This document shows positions 56,716 to 64,000 of a DNA stretch of 64,000 nt, piece by piece (the stretch's first letter is position 1; the number at the start of each line of letters is the position of its first letter). Origin of the DNA: Prorocentrum cordatum (lineage: Eukaryota); NCBI GenBank assembly GCA_963575745.1, contig CAUYUJ010000015.1, positions 372,001-436,000 on the forward strand, read 5' to 3'. Made by a program: the position numbers and the translations under genes. The notes below the pieces were generated by a model. It was not told the DNA's origin. It saw only the letters and a list, made by a program, of their open reading frames with translations, and did not search any database.

Positions 56716-57018
56716 TTAAAATGCATTGCGCATTAAGCACATCACAGTCATTTGTAAGTCCACTACAAGTGACATAAGTTACATATAAGTTCCATAAGTT
56801 GTTGTATGCATATACGCTGTATGTTCGTGTCTTGCACATGTACGCACAAACATTCATCATGTCACTTGTGCCCACCGCGATGTAACTTACACCACATACG
56901 CTACAACAACATTACTTGCTGCACTTTTAATGAACTTCGCTTAGATTAAATAAGCTTGAGGAGCCCTCAACTTAAGTTGTTATCCTCCTTCTCCCTCATC
57001 TGCAACCGAATGTATCAG

Positions 57019-58050
57019 GGGGGGCCCGCCCCGGGATTACCCGGGAAGCCCGGGGGGGCCCGCCCCAGGATTTGCCGGGAAGCCTGGGGGGGCCCGCCCC
57101 GGGATTTGCCGGGAAGCCCGGGGGGCCCCGCCCCAGGATTTGCCGGGAAGCCCGGGGGGGCCCGCCCCGGGATTTGCCGGGAAGCCCGGGGGGGCCCGCC
57201 CCGGGATTTGCCGGGAAGCCCAGCTGGGCCGGGCCCTGCCTTCCCTGCAACCCCGGGTTGTCGGGAAGCTCAGGGGGGGCCCGCCCCGGGATTTGCCGGG
57301 AAGCCCTGCAGGGGGGCCGAGCCTTCCCGAGGGAGGCCTTCCCCCCGGGTTGCCGGGATGCTCGGGATGGCCCGCCCCGGGATTTGCCGGGAGGGGGGCC
57401 CGCCCCGGGATTTGCCGGGAGCTCAGGGGGGCCGGGCCCTCCTGAGGGAGGGCCCCGCCCCGGGATTTGCAGGGAAACCCGGGGGGGCCCGCCCCGGGAT
57501 TTGCCGGGAAGCCCAGCTGGGCCGGGCCCTGCCTTCCCTGCAACCCCGGGTTGCTGGGAAGCCCGGGAGGGCCCGCCCCGGGATTTGCCGGGAAGGGGGG
57601 CCGGGCCCTCGCCGAGGGAGGCCTTCCCTGCAACCCCGGGTTGCCCGGGTGCTGGGCCTGCCTGGCCATCGGATTTGCCGGGATGTCCAGGCATGTCGGC
57701 CCAACATGCCCGCGCACCCCTGCAACCCTGGGTTGCAGGTGTGCGCGGGCATCTTGGCCCAACATGCCCGCGCACACCTGCAACCCTGGGTTGCCGGGGT
57801 GCTCGGGCCTCCCTCGCGATCCCGAAGACGCGGTGGGCGGAGATGTCGGGTCGCCCAGGATGGCCCGAGCACCCCTGCAACCCTGGGTTGCAGGTGTGCG
57901 CGGGCATCTTGGCCCAACATGCTCGCGCACACCTGCAACCCTGGGTTGCCGGGGTGCTCGGGCCTCCCTCGCGGAGATGTCGGGTCGCCCAGGATGGCCC
58001 GAGCACCCCTGCAATCCTGGGTTGCCGGCGTGCTCGGGCATCTTGGCCCA
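57019..58050 (+). repeat. 33-bp satellite (right part) grading into CCTGCAACCCTGGGTTGCAGG hairpin repeats
   Basis: Read directly from the sequence. Confidence 0.85.
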
Positions 58051-58058
58051 ACTTGCCC

Positions 58059-58771
58059 TCTGGCCTTGGTTCGAGGCTCTTTGGCTCGAGGATCGAGCCT
58101 CGAGGATCGAGGATCCAGCCTCGAGGATCGAGCCTCGAGGATCCAGGTTCGAGGATCTAGCCTCGAGGATCGACCCTCGACGACCGACGACGACGACGAC
58201 GACGACCGACGACGACGACGACGACGACGACCGACGACGACGACCGACGACGACGACGAGCCCGAGGCGTCTTCGGAAGAAACGCGTTGTAACGGGCGAC
58301 GCGCGCGGGTCACCCGTTACGGTTCTCTCGAGGCCGTTTTGGGGGCCTCCTATTGCTCCTTCGGGGCCCTCCTCGTCGCCACGGCATGGACGCAGCTCGA
58401 ACAACTCGTGCGTTTGGACCTCGGGAGGGGTCCAGGGGCCCTGTTTGAGGAGCCTCGAGGATCGAGCATCGAGGGCCGAGGTTCGAGGATCGAGGTTCGA
58501 GGCTCTCTGGCCTTCGAGGCGCCCTCCGCGTCGCCACGGCATGGACGCACCTCGAACAACTGGTGCGTTTGGATCCCGGGAGGGGTCCTGGGGCCCGTCT
58601 TGAGGAGCCTCTAGCCTCGAGGATCGAGCCTCGAGGATCCAGGCTCGAGGCTCTCTGGCCTTGGTTCGAACCTCGAGGATCGAGCCTCGAGGATCGAGGA
58701 TCCAGCCTCGAGGATCAAGCCTCGAGGATCCAGGTTCGAGGATCTAGCCTCGAGGATCGACCCTCGACGAC

Positions 58772-58817
<46 letters not shown>

Positions 58818-58824
58818 CGACGAC

Positions 58825-58882
<58 letters not shown>

Positions 58883-59233
58883 CGACGACGACCGACGACG
58901 ACCGACGACGACGACGACGAGCCCGAGGCGTCTTCGGAAGAAACGCGTTGTAACGGGCGACGCGCGCGGGTCACCCGTTACGGTTCTCTTGAGGCCGTTT
59001 TGGGGGCTTCCTATTGCTCCTTCGGGGCCTTCCTCGTCGCCACGGCATGGACGCAGCTCGAACAACTCGTGCGTTTGGACCTCGGGAGGGGTCCAGGGGC
59101 CCTTTTGAGGAGCCTCGAGCCTCGGGGATCGAGCATCGAGGGCCGAGGTTCGAGGATCGAGGTTCGAGGATCGAGGTTCGAGGCTCTCTGGCCTTCGAGG
59201 CGCCCTGGGCGTCGCCACGTCATGGACGCACCT
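58059..59233. repeat. Two tandem ~600-bp units: CTCGAGGATC repeats, (GAC)n and a hairpin core
   Basis: The core at 58259-58552 is repeated at 58920-59233. Confidence 0.85.
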
Positions 59234-61139
59234 AGCATGAGGGGTCAACCCATGAGCTGAGCGGGACCAAGGCGCCAGCATGAGGGGTCGACGCATGAGG
59301 GGCCAAAGCCCCAGCATGAGGGGTCAACGCATGAGCGGTACAAGCCCCAGCATGAGGGTCAACGCATGAGCTAAGCGGGACCAAGGCGCCAGCATGAGGG
59401 GTCAACCCATGAGGGGCAAACGCCCCAGCATGAGGGGTCGACGCATGAGGGGGACAAGCCCCATCATGAGGGTCAGCGCATGAGCTAAGCGGGACACAGG
59501 CGCCAGCATGAGGGGTCAACGCATGAGGGGCCAAAGCCCCAGCATGAGGGTTCGACGCATGAGGGGTACAAACCCCAGCATGAGGGGTCAACGCATGAGG
59601 CAAGAGGGTCCAAAGCCCAAGCACGAGGGGTCGACTCACGAGGCGACAAAGCCCCAGCATGAGGGGTCGACGCATGATGGGTGCAAGCTCCAGCATGAGG
59701 GGTCAACCCATGAGGTAAGCGGAACCAAAGTGTACAAGCCCCAGCATGAGGGGTCAACCCATGAGGGGTATAACCCCCAGCACGAGGGGTCAAGGCACGG
59801 GGTAGTAGGGGCCGAAGCCTCAGCATGAGGGGTCGACGCATGAAGGGCCAAAGTCCCAGCATGAGGGGTCAACGCATGAGGGGTACGAACCCCAGCATGA
59901 GGGGCCAACGCATGAGGTAAGAGGGGCCAGAGCCCCAGCATGAGGGGTCGACGCATGAGGCGCCAAAGCCCCAGCATGATAGGTCGACGCATGAGGGGTC
60001 AAACTCCCAGCATGACATGAGAGGTCAACGCATGAAGTACGAGGGGCCGAAGCCTTAGTACGAGTGGTCAACGCACGAGGGACCAGAGCCCCAGCATGAG
60101 GGGTCGACGCACGAGTTTTCCAAGCACCAGCTCCCCAATACCCCAAACCTCCCGACGCACGAAACCTCCAACAGACGTGAGCAGGGCATGCGAGCAGCAG
60201 CAACAGGAGCAGGATCGGGACCAGGAGAAGGAGCAGGATGAGCAGCATCAGGAGCAGGAGAAGCCGGAGAAATACGAGGAGGAGGAGGGAGGAGGACGAG
60301 GACGAGGAGGAGGGATGAGGAGCAGGAGGAAGAGGCGGAGGAGGAGGGGGAGGAGCAGGGGGGCAGGAGGATGAAGAGGAAGCGCAGCAGGAGCAGGAGC
60401 AAAGAGCAGGAGGAGGAGGAGAAAGAGGAGAAGCAGCAGCAGCAGCAGCAGCCGCAGCAGCAGAAGTAGCAGGACTCCTCCTCCGCATCATCATCCTCCT
60501 CTCCTCCTCATCCTCCTCCTCTTCCTCCAACCCTGTTTCCCTCTCCCTTGCCTCCTCCTCCGCCTCCTCCTCCTGCTCCTGCCCCTCCTACTCCCTCCTC
60601 CTGCTCCTCCTCCCTCGCTCCCCCCCTCCCTCGCTCCATCCCTCCCTCCCTCCCTCCCTCCTGTCCCTCCCGCCCTCCTCCATCCTCCCAATTCCCTCCC
60701 TCCTCGCCGTCCCCGTCTATCTACTTCCCTCCTCCTCCTCCTCCTCCTCCTCCTCCTCCTCCTCGTCCTCCTCCTCCTCCTCCTCCTCCTCCTCCTCCTC
60801 CCTCCGCGATCCTACCTCCTCCCTCCTCCTCCTCCTCCTCCTCCTCCTCCTCCTCCTCCTCCTCCTCCTCCCTCCGCGATCCTACCTCCTCCCTCCGCGA
60901 TCCTACCTCCTCCCGCTTCCCTCGTCCCTCCCCCTCCTCGTTCCTCTCACTTCCGCCCCCCCTACCCCGCCTGGTAGGAGGAGGAGGAGGAAGAGGAGGA
61001 GGAGATGGAGGAGGAGGAAGAGGAGAAGGAGGAGGAGGAGGAGGAGAAAGAGGAGGTGGAGGAGGAGAAGCAGGAGCAGGAGGAGGATCGCTATGAAGCA
61101 CCCGAATCTCTATTAAGCACCCGAATGCGTTGAGACTGG
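59234..61139 (-). repeat. Right arm of long inverted repeat
   Basis: Reverse complement of 44954-46787. Confidence 0.88.
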
Positions 61140-62869
61140 GCTTCAAGCAGTCGACCCCCCATTCGCGTGTCGTCGTTGTCGTCGTCGTCGTCCTCGTCGT
61201 CCTCGTCGTCCTCGTCGTCCTCGTCATCCTCGTTGTCGTCGTTGTCGTCGTCCTCGTCCTCCTCGTCGTCGTCTGCCCCAGCCGTTGCCCCTTGGCATCC
61301 CGCTGCCTCCTCTCCGTCATCATCCCATCGACGACCTCCCGATCCCGCCGTCACCCAGTGTCACCAGCAGGGGCGCAGAAGCAGCGCTCCGCGGCCTGGG
61401 CTGTTCTGACCAGACCAGCAGGGGGCTGTTCTGATCTCCTCCGTGGCGCGACGGTGACGTGACCGCGCCTCGCGCTGCGCGCAGCGCGAAGCGCGAAGCG
61501 CGAGGTCGGGACCCTCGCTGCGGGTGCACCTCGACTTTCGGTGCGGTGCTTCGCTCCGCGTGGCCCCCATCGTGGCGCGCGGCGGCCTCCGTGGCCCCCT
61601 CGCGGATTTTCGGCGCGGCGCTTCGTGGCCGTGGCCTCTCGGTGCCGGGTTTCGGCGTCCCGCAGCAAGTCCCGCTGGGTCTCCAGAGGCATCCGGAGGT
61701 GACCGGGCGTCCCCAGCAGCCTCCCCGAGGCCGTCGGAGGCCCAGCCGTCGCCAGGGCGTCCAGAGTGGCCCCTCTGCCGCGACGCCAGGCCTCGGCCAC
61801 CTGCGCCCCTCTGCCCGCCCCCCGGGGTCCATGTCGATCTGACGAGATGAGACACCGGTTCCGGCTGGCTCGATCGGATTAGGCGATCCAATGCGGCCAG
61901 GGATTTGAGCGGCGTAGGTTTGCATCCGGGCGCAGCCGATTCGACTCGATCTCGGCCCCGCGCTGGCCGATGCAGCCCGGTCCGAGGCACGGTCCGAGCC
62001 GCTCCGATGTCCCGACCCGGCTTCCGACCCGAGTTCCCGAGTACATGCTGGCCGATGCTGGCCGATGCTGCCCCGGGCCCATCTTTCTCCTCTCCTCCCT
62101 CGGCCGCTGCGGCACGAGCGCAGGGTGACGCAGCGCCGCCTGCGGCGGAGTGCCCGCGGCGGCGGCGGCGATCTCCAGGGACGCCTCCGCGCGCCCGCCC
62201 GGGGTCCGCGGGGGGGGGGGTCTGAGCAGCGCCACGGTCCACCGTCGCGTCTGCGGGGCGGCAAGGCTCTGGGCCTGCGCACAGGCCCCCAGGGAAGTCT
62301 GGGGCGGTCTCAGTGCCTGGCGCCGGCGGCGCCCCCTGGACGCCTGGCGCCCTGGGCGCAGGCTTTTGGAGCAGCAAAGAGGCCACCGTAAACGCACAGA
62401 ACGGCCCGGGTGAGCAAAAGCTGCCCAGGAGGGCCTCAAGAGCGCTCGTCGCAAGACGGCCTGAGGGTTCCAAGAGCCTCACAAGGGGCATCAACAGAGT
62501 CCCAGTTAAGAGAGCACCTAGAAGCCCCAGAAGCGCATCAAGAAGTTCCGACGAGTGACCACGAGGACCAGAAGTCCCGAAGGATTTCAAAACATCCCTG
62601 CAGCAGCTGCAGCGGCGGCGGCGACAGCAGCAGACGCGGCGACAATGGCGGCACCATCACCATCACCACTGGCAGCAGCACCAGCAGCAGTAGCAGAAGC
62701 AATGGGAGCAACGGCGGCGGCAGCACCACCAGCATCATCAGAGGAGCAGAGGACGAGGGCCTCAGAGGCCCCTTGTGGGTGCAGAGGGTTCAGGAGGTCC
62801 TTGGATAAGATTTACACATATATATATACACACACGCATTTTTTATATATATATATATATATCCCAAAC

Positions 62870-63940
62870 AGTGCTTGCACTGGGGATTTGTCTGCGAAGG
62901 AACTGGGCCTGCGGGCCGCTCTTGCCGCCATGTAGCTGCCGTCACCGCCTCGTCGCCGCCCGTCGCCGCCCGTCGCCTGGGCCTGCCGGCCGCTCTGGCC
63001 GCCATGTCGCAAGCGTCGCCGCCTCGTCGCAGTCCGCCTTCTCGCCGACCGCTTTGCATTGCTTTGCATCATTTTGCATTGCTCTGCATTGCATGGCATT
63101 ACTTGGCATTGAGTGACATTGTTTTGCATTGGTCTGCGCTGCTTTGCATGACTTTGCATTTCTTCGCGTTACTGTATTTTTTATTGGTTTGCGTCATTGC
63201 ATGGCAATTGCACTATTTTGGAGTCGCATTGCATTACGCTGTTGTAAGCTGATTGTGTTGCTCTGCACTGCTACGCAGTGCTCTGCATCGCGCGACATTG
63301 ATTTACACAGCTTTGCACCGCTTTGCTTTACCTCGCATTGATTTTACTTCCTCAAACATTTCTTGCACTTAGGGTGTCGCACCTGCCGTGAAAAGAGCTG
63401 GGCCTGCGGGCCGCTCTGGCCGCCATGTGGCCACCGTCGCCGCCTTGTCGCCGCCCATCGCCGCCCGTCACCCGAGCCTGCGGGCCGCTCTGGCCGCCGT
63501 GTGGCTGCCGTCGCCACCTCGCCGCCGCTCGTCGCTGCCCGTCGCCTGGGCATGCGGGCCGCTATGGCCGCCATGTGGCCGCCGTCGCCGCCTCGGCGCC
63601 GCCCTTCGCCTCGTCGCCGCCCGCTTTGCATTGCTTCGCAGTGTTCTGCATTGCACTGCTTTGCTTCACGCTGTATGGCTCTGCGTCTTCTTGAATTGTA
63701 TCCCATGGATTCGCACGTGGTCGTGACAGTGTGTTCTAGATGTATTACACGATCTATTGCATCACATAGCTTGCACCACCTACATTACACCACATCGATT
63801 GCACTACGTAGCTCTCACCGCATAGATTTGACTACGTAGTTTACGCCACATGCGTTGCACCACACAGATTGCACATGGCACCGCATAGCTTACACCTCGG
63901 ATATTGCACCACATAGATTGCATCACATATAGTATGCTAG
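62870..63940. repeat. Duplicated GC-rich module plus TTGCA pentamer tracts
   Basis: 62903-63080 resembles 63397-63665; similar sequence occurs at ~30890-31100. Confidence 0.65.
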
Positions 63941-64000
63941 AACGCACTGTTTGGGGTCAGCGCTGCCTAACACGCATATTTACGTTTTCAGATATAGCCC

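Larger units (their letters stand above)
47386..57018 (+). mobile_element. CACTA/CMC-like DNA transposon with cargo genes
   Basis: Termini CTGATACA...TGTATCAG (16/23 imperfect TIR) with GG on both sides; splits a satellite; contains an En/Spm-type transposase. Confidence 0.8.

Noticed and set aside
56956..58614. 552-aa collagen-like Gly/Pro ORF
   Set aside because: Satellite with variable G/C run lengths; long ORFs in several frames on both strands.
1..64000. Bacterial origin (phage integrase plus restriction-modification methylase, retron or DGR)
   Set aside because: The SL relic, non-canonical introns, microsatellites and DIRS-type RT/RNaseH with split direct repeats point to a eukaryotic retroelement. 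The A and B repeats show no adenine-specific variable-repeat pattern inside a target gene.

Overview
GC-rich, repeat-saturated eukaryotic DNA, very probably from a dinoflagellate: there is a 20/22 spliced-leader relic at 39660-39681, and predicted introns have GA/GC donors. Most ORFs in the supplied track are shadows of GC-rich or microsatellite sequence. Three large cargo-bearing mobile elements account for most of the real coding. (1) A disrupted, intron-containing Helitron-like RepHel gene (minus strand, <1-7121) fused to a USP/C19 deubiquitinase-like domain. (2) A complete tyrosine-recombinase retrotransposon (15467-22246) with split direct repeats A1..B1A2..B2, inserted in a (CCT)n tract. 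It encodes a Cys-rich membrane ORF0, a gag-like ORF, RT-RNaseH, YR and a C5-cytosine methyltransferase. Removing one 4-bp duplication repairs the YR and also creates a single RT-RH-DNMT polyprotein with the YR gene nested inside it in another frame. (3) A 9.6-kb CACTA/CMC-like DNA transposon (47386-57018) carrying a RING-H2 gene and two orphan genes. It sits in a satellite and is bracketed by ~1.9-kb inverted arms. The window also contains two TA-flanked MITEs, a decayed LINE 3' end, a decayed MULE-like transposase, one candidate secreted repeat protein, interstitial TTAGGG tracts and many satellites. All domain calls are by-eye motif recognition; no database searches were run.
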